Positions 41,182 to 52,852 of a stretch of DNA of 64,000 nt are shown in pieces (within the stretch, counting starts at the first letter, position 1; every line of letters begins with the position of its first letter). The DNA comes from Phallusia mammillata. Lineage: Eukaryota. A model generated the notes under the pieces. That model did no database searches. It worked only from the letters and a program-made list of their open reading frames with translations, and was not told where the DNA came from. Both the position numbers and the translations under genes were made by a program. The DNA lies in contig OZ281494.1 in the NCBI GenBank assembly GCA_965637545.1, positions 2,790,001 to 2,854,000 of the forward strand, read 5' to 3'.

Positions 41182-44100
41182 GCTTCAAGTTAAAATGTTA
41201 TCGTCAAAACAAACTTACGGTTTAGTGGTTTATCTGAAGTTGTTGTAACAAACACTAATTAAGTATTTTTGATAGCGTTTACCGAACAAAGTCGAATGGT
41301 TTATAGTTTGACTGCTTTTATTGCAGAATTCTCTATGTATGCTTCTGCACTAAAATAAACCCAAAAACAAATGATTAAAATTTTAAGCACATTGTTTTTA
41401 TAATTCCCTCTTTCGATTTCCGTTAGTCACAACTCGTCACCTTTCAAATAATTGAGTCCCCCAAGAATATGGAGTCTTCACTTTCAGTGCGACTTGCTGT
41501 ACGTAGTAAAACGTAGTGTATTTCAAACAATGTCGCTTAATAGTCGATGGCTGTCCTAAGCCGGATTAAACCGGTTAAAACAGTTTCGTTTTGGGCGAGA
41601 AATATAACATATGGTTCATTTTGAAATACAAGTTGGTGGCAACGATGATAAACGATAGTGAAGCACTATTTACAAAAAAGTAGCAAACGTTGATTTAAAC
41701 CCTTGCTAAAGGGAATCAAGCAAACAAGGTCAGAAGTATCACAAAAATGTTGAAATCTATTTTGTCTGATATAACTTGCTGATTGTGTTCACATCTAGAA
41801 AACAAAAAATAACAGTGAAAAGTTTTTTGAACCCCACAAACCGCCTAAAATGAAAATCTTTTATGGAAGACAAGGAATCAGAAAGTGGCTTTAGAGCTTA
41901 CTACTTGGTTGACTGGCTGTGCTGAGATCCGATAAGCAAACAATAAATCTACTGGGTCAATCATATAATAAAAAAGTAACCTAATGCCGTATACAGTAAA
42001 ACGAATGGAAGATAAAATCCTTGGCAAAGGAATATGTATTTCGCCTAAATCAGTGGTTCCTAAAAATACCGAAGTAACGCACAGTAATATACAGATGGGC
42101 GCTACACCAACCATGGTGAAATAAATGAAACAGAAACCTGCAACAAGGTGACTTAACATAGTGACTTAAGACGCAAAAATCGGAAAGGTAGAACACTCGC
42201 TGGTCGATTACGATGTGGGTGGGTTTCTGAGGAAAGATCTACTAACACAGGAACTCACAGCAGACAAGTTTGTAAAATACCGATGGATGGCGCAGGAAGC
42301 ATTCGCAAGTATTAAAAATGCAATTTCTGTAGAAAAGGGGGATTAGGGTTGGGCTGAGGTTGCATAATAATAATAATAATAACTCATAATAATAATAACA
42401 AAAAAATCCTTATGTTAAATTTAGTTCTTAACCCTAAACCTGTCTCACAGTGAATTTAAATAACTTCGCTCTTCACGTCATCTATCGGTAGTTAGCAAAC
42501 TTTTTTATTGTGAATTCTTGTGTTAGTAGCTCTACCGTTCTTCAAAGTGAGGAATAGCTTACTTTTTGGCCCCGCACATAACTAATTGTTCCGCAGAAAT
42601 TTTTTTAACAAATACGACACAAAAATATGTAGCCATACCCGGCTTGCTTTTTAATATATTAACGTGCTTGCTGGTGTGGCATTGCAATAAAGCGGTTTTG
42701 TCCTTTTTTAATGTTGCCATTTTCTACCATACATCCCTATAACTGCACTATCTTACAGTTATATTGCTTAACTGCTTTAAAATTGGATTGTTAGTATGAG
42801 TTAAATTATGCAGTCAAAATGTGGTGTAACAATGTAAACCTTAACCAATCAAAATTTTAAGTAAGAATCCATAACAAAGCACAGCCTGTTTTAAACCGGT
42901 TTGAAAGAAAGAATGTTTACGACTTGCTGTTGAGCGTCTCAACTTCCTGTTTGGAAGAAAATCATGTTAGATTTCATGTTTGTAATAACATTATGGGTTC
43001 TTTTGAAGCTGTCAGTTAACAAGAACAAACCTAACGCTATTTGCAACCTTTTATGAGCGTTTTATGCCAAGGATGTGAGAAAGGATGTAGGAAAAGAAAG
43101 CGACCACCTTTTTCGCCTTTATTTTTCAAAATCGAAAGTGTGAATTGAACCTATTGCATCGTCCCCCAACAAATAGAAATGTCATTGTCCTGTTCTGCAA
43201 ACCATCTGTAATACTGCTTATGCTTAAACAGGTAACAATGAAACTGTGTGGACAGAAATTCTGTACTGCTAGCGAAGTTAAGTAGCGTTCTTACCTAAGT
43301 ACAACTTAAATCTTGAGAGAAACAAATCCAAACCACACGTTTATGTCTGTTCAATCTATGAGATTTTCATAGTTGGCAAAAAAGAAACAATAAGCCAAAA
43401 ATACAAATGCCGAACCAAGCAAATGCATGCAGTATCAGAGTCTATTCTCAAGTTTTACTTTGTAATGAAATCTAACAATTGTTTTTCAGTTGCTGTTTAG
43501 GAAAAATAATTAAATAACTTCAAATAGCAATTTATTTCGTATGTAATGTTCTGGGCGTTTAATACAAACTGGTACTTTTTGCCAACGTCTTCCGAGGTTT
43601 TATAAAATACCATAAACAACTGGACGCTATCAGGTTTGGCAAGGACAAAACGCAGCCAAGAAAAGATACATAGTGAAAATTAAAGCAACTAAAACTTAAC
43701 GACTCTTAATTACAATAATGTCTAATTCCTTAACGATATTGTATATAGCTAAAATACATGGATCAAGTGCTGGAATTAGTGCTAAAGCGTCGATGCAGAC
43801 AGCAAACACGCCATAAATACATTATAGAACGCCAGGCTGATCGACAAGTCACATAAGAATGCTTGGGAATCCTTCTTGATTCGATTTGCATAGGCTTGGC
43901 GTATTATGATAAAAAAACATTAATAACGCTTTTCAAATCTTTCTTTTTTATTTTGCTATAACAGAAACCTGACCAAAATGACCAGCCAAAGGTTAATTTA
44001 GTTTGAGTTTAACATTCAGTGTGCATATCAGATGAAGCACAAGAATCAAAATTTTACATTCTGTACACATACCACCTACCACTGCTATGTCCCATCAAAG

Positions 44101-44727
44101 ACAAAATGAAGCCAAATTGTTTTCAAACATTTTTTACTTTTAGCCAATTTGTGACGTTGTTTTGTTTTACGATGAGAACCAAAACCCGGCATTGTGTATT
44201 CCACAAAACCAAACAAGCCGCGCATTTGTACATTATTCAGCCGCCAGTCATCGTTTCTTCTTTTTTAAGAGGACCTCTAGCGCCCCGAGTGTACAAAACA
44301 GGGGATCAAATTTTTTAGTTTTTCGCTTGCGCACGAAGTAACTCTCCTAAATCGACAAACAAAAAGATAATTCCTCACATGAGTGTAGCTCAGAATACAA
44401 CGTCACCAAGATGATAACCATCATAAAAATCCCACTGCGTTTCGTCTACTGTGTTTATTTTATTTTTTTAAAAACATTTGTTGATGTACTTGGTAAACAA
44501 TACTAGTTATCGTCACATTAACCAATTGGCGCCAAAATATTGTGGCAAATTGATTACGAGTTTTAATTACACTTCAGCATCTTTAGTAGTAGTTTGAAGT
44601 AAAAATGTTAATGGAAGTCTAAATCACTGGTTAAAAACATTTAAATGACAAGAAATCTAAACTACAGCTTTGAAATCAAATTATTACATGACATGTGTGG
44701 CTTATTTAAGATTGGTCATCGTGGAAT

Positions 44728-45691
44728 TTACAGCTTGCTGACGAGGAATCCAGCAAACAAAGTCACCAACATGATAAGAAGGTTGAAATGCACTTTGCCT
44801 GATCCGTTGGTTGTGTTGCAGCCATCTAGAAACAAAAAAAAATTAGCGCAACGTATGTCAACTTTTTGTCACTTCAAATACGTAAAATATTTTCTCTTAC
44901 CTGTGTCGCAGACATAGGTACACACATTTGCAATATCTACATTCTGACAAGCAGCATTAGCTGGGTCTCCTCCGCACGTTCTTATAACGGCAGTTGCTGT
45001 AACGCCGCCAGCTAAAAACGGTAGTGTTATTAAAAGTGCTGCTTGTGTCAGGTTTGTTTCAAAACAAAAGAAAAAAACATATTTCATTCCTAAACGACTG
45101 ACAGTTGGTGAGAAAAGGCATCATGAAAATGGCAGTACACCAGGCCTATTGCGGGCGCAATACTGAATCAGCCGGTCACCAAGCATTCACTGCCATATGG
45201 CAAGGAGTGGCTAGACAAATCTATCATGTGGTGGAATTCGAACCCACGACAGGAGTCTTTCCGGGACTAAGTTCATTTTATGTTCATCTTATGATCAAAA
45301 TAATTTATGATTTTAAATGTTAATTACTTGCACAGAAAGCTAAAGACATACCAGATACTGTGCTTACAACCGTCGAACAGTAGTTTATCCCAGTTTGGCA
45401 ATCTATAAGATGAGTTGCATCCGGGTTTGGACCTTTGCATGTCTGGTCACTCACACCCGTTACATGTGGCTCAGTAAAAGTGCAATCGTAACACCTGATT
45501 GCCGAAGCTGTAAAATAATGTAGAAAGCATTTCTGAGTCTGGAAGTTCTGACTAAAACACAACAAACATCTTCCGGACTAGTTTAATCAATTTGATTTGG
45601 GCGATATAATTTTGGTAAACTTTATCATACTCCACTTACCAAATGTGACAAATACAAGCACTGCAAATGCTGACAGAACCAGGTTATTCAT
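44728..45691 (-). CDS. Ly6/uPAR three-finger protein L4, intact, ~138 aa, GPI-type; exons 45691-45640, 45507-45352, 45011-44901, 44825-44728
   Basis: Open spliced frame. IRCYDC...VCTYVCDTDGCN followed by TTNGSGKVHFNLLIMLVTLFAGFLVSKL*. Confidence 0.9.
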
Positions 45692-46029
45692 GTTTAATTT
45701 AAAGTTTTATCTTTGCTAGGAAGCTTACGCTTTGTTTGTTTTTCCTGCACATGTAAGAAAAGGGAAATACAGCAAACAGAGTCAGAATAATGTGATTACT
45801 GCGCAAAACCGTCTAAATCATAAACATTTCTCTCTTAGAAGCGTTAACCTGTCCAACTCAAAACCACAAAACAAGTCTCTCGAAAATATGGATTTTTGTA
45901 GTGAGTCAGTGCAGGTAACAACCCACTTTTCTGCCTCAGTTCAACATTACTACTTTGGTTCAGAAAATACGTTTTTGCTCAAAATTTTTGCTTGGGCAGC
46001 AACATTTTTAAATTCCCCCTGTTAACCGA

Positions 46030-47972
46030 CACTAAATACTACCTTCTGGTCCGCTGGTTGTGGTAACTGGAAAATAAGTAACAAAGTTGCAGCTCTTGTG
46101 ACCTCCAGTTTAAAACGTCTGTCTGTTGGAATGTGTATTTGCTTTACAAGTATTTAAACCGCAAATTAAACACACGACATTTTATTGTTGAGTCTGAAAA
46201 AGATTTGTTGAAAATAAGTTTATGTTTATTTCCCAAATGTAAAAACTGCAAAACTAAACATGGACTTTATGATATACCTGGATTGGTGGTTGGGTTGAGA
46301 TATACCTGGACGTCTGGAAAACAAACATGAAAATTGTTACAGGAGAGCCTTTAAGTAAATACTGTATTGTTTTTTAGCTGCACTGCCTGAGTTGCAACTA
46401 TCTGAAAAGCACAAAACAACACTATTAGCAGATATATTTTTACACATAAAGTGTTTCCCCCATTTTATCACACCTTTATTGATTTACCAAGAAAAGTTAC
46501 GACAAAAATGTGCAAAGCGTTAAGTCAGGCCGGAAATCAATTCTTTTTTTGAAATCGATGTAGGCCTACCAACACGACCCCAATAGCCAAGTACGACTTG
46601 CAACTGTGGTTTGCCGAGGAGTAAAAGTTAGATACGTTTGATTACACATATGCAATTTATGTACAATGTTTTATTCTCACCTGTGTTGCAAACCATAGTG
46701 CATGTACTTCTACCTACGGTGTTAAAACAACCAGTAATACCTGGAAAAACCCCACATGTCTTTGCAGCAGTTGTTGCAGTAACGCCGTCAGCTGAAAAGC
46801 AACAACATTCAAAGTTTAGTCTTTAAAAGAATAAGTCCCCGAGAGTGTCCTGGGTTCGAACCCCGTGAAAAAATAAAGATAAAATGGAAAAGACAGATTT
46901 TTTTATGAACCTTTTGCCTACTGTAGACAACTAGTGCACTACGACAAGCTTAAACAAAATGTTTGATTATATTTATCACCACATTTGACACCATCACAAT
47001 TTTTTTTAATTGGGTATTTGGTCTTTTACTACAGGGTCGATAATCGGTTTAACCCAAACACGTATACGGCCTTTATCCACTTTTCACGGACCCTTACAAA
47101 AATATTAGGAAGATAAAGGGATATCAAGAACGTAAAAAAGAAATTAGAACTATTGTGCAACCTAGAGATATGCCACTACCCTATAATGATGGCGTCTTGC
47201 ATGACGCAACGTCGATTATTTATAATAAACTGCTGGATGAGCAATTCTCGGTTATACAATATGCCTGGCAGCAATAGCTTATTCAGAACACTTGTGGCTA
47301 GAATGTTTGCCGGTTTGGGGCTTAGATACTCTTTAACGTCAGGTACGCGATAGTTTAAAGTTTGTTAAGCAGTCAGGTGAAATACAATAGATTGGACCTA
47401 AAGTGATAGGCCTAGCACTAAATTATTTTCATAATATAACATATTGTACCTACAACACATTTAGTTTCAGATAGGGAAGTTAATTACTTAAAAGAGCAGA
47501 CAATTATGGTTTAAGATTTTATGTGTTTATTACTTGCACAGAAGGCTAAACACATACCGGTTACGGTGGTAGTTATGGTCGTACAGTAGTTGTCCCCAGG
47601 ACAATCAATAAGATGAGTTTCAGCCGGGTTTGGACCTCTGCATGTTGGTTCTCCTGTAGTAGGTTGAGGTGGATCAGTAAAAGTGCACATGTAACATCTG
47701 ATTCCAGAAGCTGAAAAAGTATGATTTTGTGGTTATGTTTTTCAACTGATATAATTTTGAGTTATAAAAGATTGATTTTTCCATCAAGTTAGCATTTTCA
47801 GACAAAGGTACAACTGCAAACCTTATCTGATTAGTTTAATGTTTAATGTTAAGAACAACATGATTCGTTTGCTGTTGGTTAACTTTTAATCATTGGGAAA
47901 ATCGCTGTACCTGCACTTACCCGTTGATCCAAACGAAAGCACTGCCAAAAGTAATAACCTCAAGTTGTCCAT
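46030..47972 (-). CDS. Ly6 gene L3: exons 47972-47921, 47710-47558 and 46791-46681 intact; 3' exons aberrant and GPI tail missing
   Basis: The LU domain is completed by the DSCN micro-exon starting at 46401, but its expected GT donor is absent. The terminal-type exon near 46066 reads VTTTSGPEGSI* without a hydrophobic tail. It could be a secreted form or a pseudogene. Confidence 0.55.
46835..46873 (+). mobile_element. 5'-truncated copy of the tRNA-Leu-derived SINE in L3 intron 2
   Basis: gtccccgagagtgtcctgggttcgaaccccgtgaaaaaa with imperfect TSD aaagaataa/aaagataa. The empty site is present in the paralogous intron at ~50540-50570. Confidence 0.8.
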
Positions 47973-48234
47973 GTTTCACTTTAAAGTCCTATTTTTTGTA
48001 AAACCTGGATTTTTTTTAATAAATGTAAATGAAAGTAAGTAAAAATTTTCTTGATACTGATTTGCAGCCCAGCAAGCTGTAAAAAACGCATTTTTTTCAT
48101 ATTATGCTGCCGGATAAGAAAAAGTAATCAAATACTCTTTAAAATTTAATTCAAGCATAACTTGACTTATTCAGTAAAACTGTTATTCAACACTGCAAAC
48201 TTTATCGTTGAAATCTTACGGGCGGCAACATACC

Positions 48235-49790
48235 TGTGATGTATGTATTTACCGCTAGATGTCGTCCCTGAGTTATGACGTCACGTTTCGTATATAACCG
48301 TGTACCGCGTCTTAAACGTGGCAGTCAATACAGGTAACCGCTTAAAGGTGTGTGCGTTCATGACATGGTGTCAGAAGTGGTTTTTCAAATAAAATGGGAG
48401 GTTCGTTCTCACTGCCGGAAGCTATGCAATGGAGTGACAATGTGTCACAAAACTGGGTTAAGTTTATTAGGGGATTTAGGCTTTATTTGACAGCTGTTGG
48501 TTATGACGGAAAGGCTGCAAAAGTTAAAACATCTATGTTGCTCCACGTGTTGGGAGAGCAAGGTCAAACCATCCACTCAACATTTAAATTTGAAGAAGGA
48601 CAAGAAATGCACTTTGAAACTGTAGTCAATGCCTTCGAAAGCTACTGTTGTCCGAGGAAGAATATCACCAGCGAGCGATACAGTTTTTTTTCTAGAAATC
48701 AAAATGATGGTGAAAGAATAGATGTTTTTATAACCGATTTAAAAAACTGTCTAAAAGCTGTGATTTCGGTGATCTTTGCGACTCATTAATCCGAGACAAA
48801 ATTATTATTGGTATCAAGTGTGATCAACTTCGTCAAAGTTTGCTGCGGGAAGAGGAACTAACGCTTGAAAAAGCTATTAAAATGTGCATAACAAACGAAA
48901 CAGTAAGATCGCAAATGACAATGTTTCGATCAACAAATTCTACAAGTTTTAGCTTGGATGCTGTTCAACGCGAACCACGTGGTAATCAATTACCAGCGCC
49001 TCGAGTTTGCAGATTCTGTGCCTTGCGACATGACGTCAGAGCGTGTCCTGCCTGGGGAAGGCGATGCTTGAAGTGTCGTGGAAGAAACCACTTCGCTCGA
49101 TGTTGCAGTGCAGCTAATCACCCGCAAGCGCAACGCGCGGATACAATTCAGACGTACAACATGCACTCTGTAAGTACTACTAGTTCACAAAAAGATTGGC
49201 TTGTTGACGTGCACTTCGTTTTAAGATAGATACGGGAGCCCAAGTAAATATTTTGTCACGAAATGATTTTCAAAAACTTCAGGGACGTCCATATGTTTCT
49301 TCTACTAATATTCGATTGATCTCATATACTGGCCACCATATTCCAGTTTGTGGGACAGTTAGTACTTCAATACAGAGAGCAACCATTTACTCTACCATTT
49401 GTTGTTGTGTAGATTAATGCATTGCCTATTATAGGATTAAATGGACCAGTAACTCTTGGCCTAATAAATAAACTGGAACCGATTGTCAGTGACGAACAAA
49501 ATTTGCTGTCCAGCTTTTCAGATTTATTTCAAGGGTTGGGTTGTGTTCCAGGTTGTCACCGAATAAAGACCGATAGCAGAGTTTGTCCCGTAGTCCGTCC
49601 CAGCAGAAAAATTCCATTTGCACTCAAAAACAAACTACAACAGGAGCTACAAAGAATGGAAAGCATGCAAGTAATCAAAAGAATAGAAGAACCAACTAAG
49701 TGGGTGAACTCTCTTGTAATAGTAGAAAAGAAAAACGGAAAACTAACAGTTTGCTTAGATCCGCGAGATTTAAATAAAGCAATTTTGCGT
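48235..49790 (+). mobile_element. Ty3/Gypsy LTR retrotransposon (Mag-like), 3'-truncated and decayed
   Basis: 131-bp LTR TGTGAT...ATGACA (48235-48365), then PBS TGGTGTCAGAAGTGG (complementary to the tRNA-Leu 3' end). Gag has a stop and two Zn knuckles (CRFCALRH..CP; CLKCRGRNHFARCC). Protease KIDTGAQVN is frameshifted. RT starts ...CLDPRDLNKAILR and then breaks. No 3' LTR. Confidence 0.92.
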
Positions 49791-49995
49791 GTAATTAAAT
49801 TGTTGCAGTTCAAACCCTGTGAGGTCTAGTTTAAAAAATGTTGGTTTGAATATATGTCTCGTGGGTAGGATTTGAATTGCCTAAAAAACATAAAGCTGCC
49901 ACAGGGAAATTATTGTTACCTCTGGGCAGAAAAATGTTTGCAATAAATAAAACTTTTATGAGAATTGCAAAATTAGACACGGACTTTATAGTTAC

Positions 49996-52097
49996 CTGGT
50001 CCGTTAGTTGGATCGGGACTGTCTGGAAAACAAACATTAAAATTATTACAGGAAAGTCTTGTTAAGTAATTAGCGTATTTGTTTCACGTGTTCCACTCCC
50101 TGAGTTGCAACAATCTGAAAAGCACAAAAATATCAGCACAAATTTTTTGACCTATAAACGTTTCCCCCACATTTACCACACGTTAAAAATTAACAAAGAA
50201 AAGTTACAACTAAAATGTGTCAAAGCATAAAGTCAGGCCCGAATCAACTGTTTTGTTTTAATTGAATTTCGAACTCGACCCGAAGAGCCTAGTCCGACTA
50301 AAAAATTTGGTTTGCTGAAGAGTACAAGTTAGACAAGTTTGATTACACAGATAAAATTGCGTAAATTACAGCTCTTAAAATGCGCACAACGTCTTTTCTC
50401 ACCTGTGTTGCAGACCACAGTACACGTATTTCCATCTGCGGTGTTGACACAACCAGCAGTATCTGGAAAACCTCCACATGTCCTTGTAACAGATGTTGCC
50501 GTAACGCCAGCGGCTGAAAAGCAACAACATTCTGAGTTTTTTTTTCGTTTAGGAGAATAAAATCGAAAAGACAGATTTTAATTACTCTTTTGCCTACTGC
50601 AGAAACTACAACAAGCCTTAACGAAGTGTACAGTTCCTTTTGCTACCACCTTTGACACCAACACAATTATATTCGTTGTTAATGAGGTCTTTTACTACGG
50701 TTCGGCAACGGTTTTAAAACTGAAATTTTATCGCGGTTCGACCTTTAAATAGCAGCAAAGGTGTAGCAATAAAAATTTATATTTGAACATGGCAACACGG
50801 ACTGCTACAAAAAGCATTCAAGCTGAAAAAGTATACGGCCTTTACCTACTACTTACGGGCACTCACAAAACTATTAGGAGGATAAAAAAGGTTATTAAGA
50901 ACGTAGCAAAAGAATTTAAAATTTTATTCACGCAAATAAGTTGTCGTTGTTGTCTCAGTCTGTTTTAGCAGTCAGGTAAAGTAGTAACAGCACAAACTTA
51001 AAGAGATAGTACCAAATGATATAAATCGTATAGCATATTGTACCGAGATGTGATTTGAAAATAGGATATTAATTACTTAACAGAACACACTATTCATTAA
51101 AAGCGATGATATGGGTTAAGATTGTGTGTGTTAATTACGTACAAGCAAACACATACCGGTTACAGTGGTAGTAACGGCCGTACAATAGTTGATGCCAGGA
51201 CAATCAATAAGATGAGTTGCAACCGGGTTTGGACCACTACATGTTGGTTCTCCTATCCCCGGTTGTGGAAAGTCCGTAAAACTGCACATGTAACATCTGA
51301 TTCCTGGAGCTGAAAAATCATGATGTTGTGTTACTGGAAAGTGAAGGAAAAGTATGAATAGTATTTAAACAAACAGATGTTTGTGACAAAATTAAACCAG
51401 TAAACCATCTCAAACTTTCTTAAAGCGATCCAAAATTTTGTTTCGCGTTAACTTTTAATCATTTTTGTTTTGTTTAGCGTAAATATTTAAAAACTTACCA
51501 GTTGAGCCAAACGAAAGCACTGCCAAAACTAATAAACTTGTAGCGATTGCGACATAACTTGTGCAAACTTTGCAATAGTTGTTTACCAAAATAGCTCGTT
51601 TTTGACTCGCTAGCTCAAAGCTTGCGAGGAAGTTAAATTGTGTAGCACCAAATTCAACTCTATTGACAAATCGTGTTCGGGCTTTGTAATATTTCCTGTC
51701 GCAGTTAATTAGGATGCAGATGCGACTTTGTGATGTGGTGTTTACAAGCTTTTGCCGTATGTTTTATCTCGTGCTGTGATTGGATGCTGCTTTGTGTGGG
51801 AATTGTGCAAGAGCCAATCGCAAGAGCACATGTGTACGATTCAACGCCTTTTTCCGGGGTATATATAAAACCGCACTCGTTCATTTCGATCTCTTGCCTC
51901 TCTTTCTGTCTCTTCTCCTGCAATAAACAAACGAACCAAAGTGCAAGACACGTGTGTGGAGTTTCTAGGACTCTGTCCTGACAAGCCCAGGAGCTTGGGA
52001 GGTTAAGGACGGTGGTATACCTCTTTAATTTGTAGTGACTCGGTCTTTAGCTTGTACCGAGACACCTTATTTAACACTACAAACTAAAGTTGTCCAT
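49996..52097 (-). pseudogene. Ly6 gene L2, disrupted
   Basis: The signal exon is split by a solo LTR (52097-52082 + 51538-51499). Exons 51309-51157 and 50513-50403 and micro-exons 50114-50088 (DCCNSGSGT) and 50022-49996 (DSPDPTNGP) are open. The terminal exon is lost at the Gypsy breakpoint. Confidence 0.88.
51539..52081 (+). mobile_element. Solo LTR (543 bp) in the signal-peptide exon of L2
   Basis: TGTAGCG...CACTACA ends and 4-bp TSD aact (51535-51538 and 52082-52085). CCAAT, TATATAAA and AATAAA occur in order on the + strand. Confidence 0.9.
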
Positions 52098-52852
52098 GTT
52101 TCCCTTTTAAACCCTAATGTTTGTAAAATCTAAAATTTGTTTTTGCAGTGAATGTAAATCAAGTTTTTATTTCTTGTAACATTTCTAAAAAAATCCTCTC
52201 AAATTTGTTCACTAGAAAAAAATTCTGTTTCTTTAGCATGTCTCGGCTTGTAAATGGTTATTTGCTTTAAACTTCTCCAAGAAACATATCGCTTAAAAAT
52301 CCAAAGCGAGTGATAAATATATGAAATCACTTTTGATCAGCTGTTTAAATCACACACGTCCTGCAGAAGAGATCGTTACATTAAGTCTGCGTAAACCGAT
52401 TTCCTTAGTTGGCAGGTACACTCCAAAGGCTTTTTTAGTAAAATGTGACAACGTCCGCCTTTATCAAGAAATTTATTGGAACTGATTTGCAGCCCAAGCT
52501 GGAAAAGAATTCCAATTAACTTTAATATCTTGTCGTCGCACTATAGAAATCAATTAAGTGCTCTTTGAAATTGCATTTATAGCATGACTTGACCTATGCA
52601 GTAAAACTGTAATTCAACAATGTAAACCTTATTTGGTTGAAAGCTCACGTAAGGGCGACAACAGGCCTAAGCCTGTTCAGACAAGTTTGAAAACTGGAAA
52701 ATAGCAAATTGCGTATGTAACAAAAATGCGCTGCACCGATGCCAACATGAAGTCACTCTAGCGCCTCACGTGTTTGAAATATCAGTTTGTTTATTTTAAT
52801 AATTCCAATTGCAAAATATTTATGAGTCTTTCACAAAAAACTATCGTTGCTT

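Larger units (their letters stand above)
32342..45691. repeat. Tandem ~3.7-5 kb duplication units carrying Ly6 genes L6, L5 and L4
   Basis: Paralogous non-coding blocks recur, e.g. ~33250/37480/42200 (ctaacacaagaactcacag) and ~34150/38935/44350 (cacatcagtgtagctcagaa). Confidence 0.85.

Noticed and set aside
48251-48266. CTCF-like motif ccgctagatgtcg in the Mag LTR
   Set aside because: A single short motif match with no supporting evidence.
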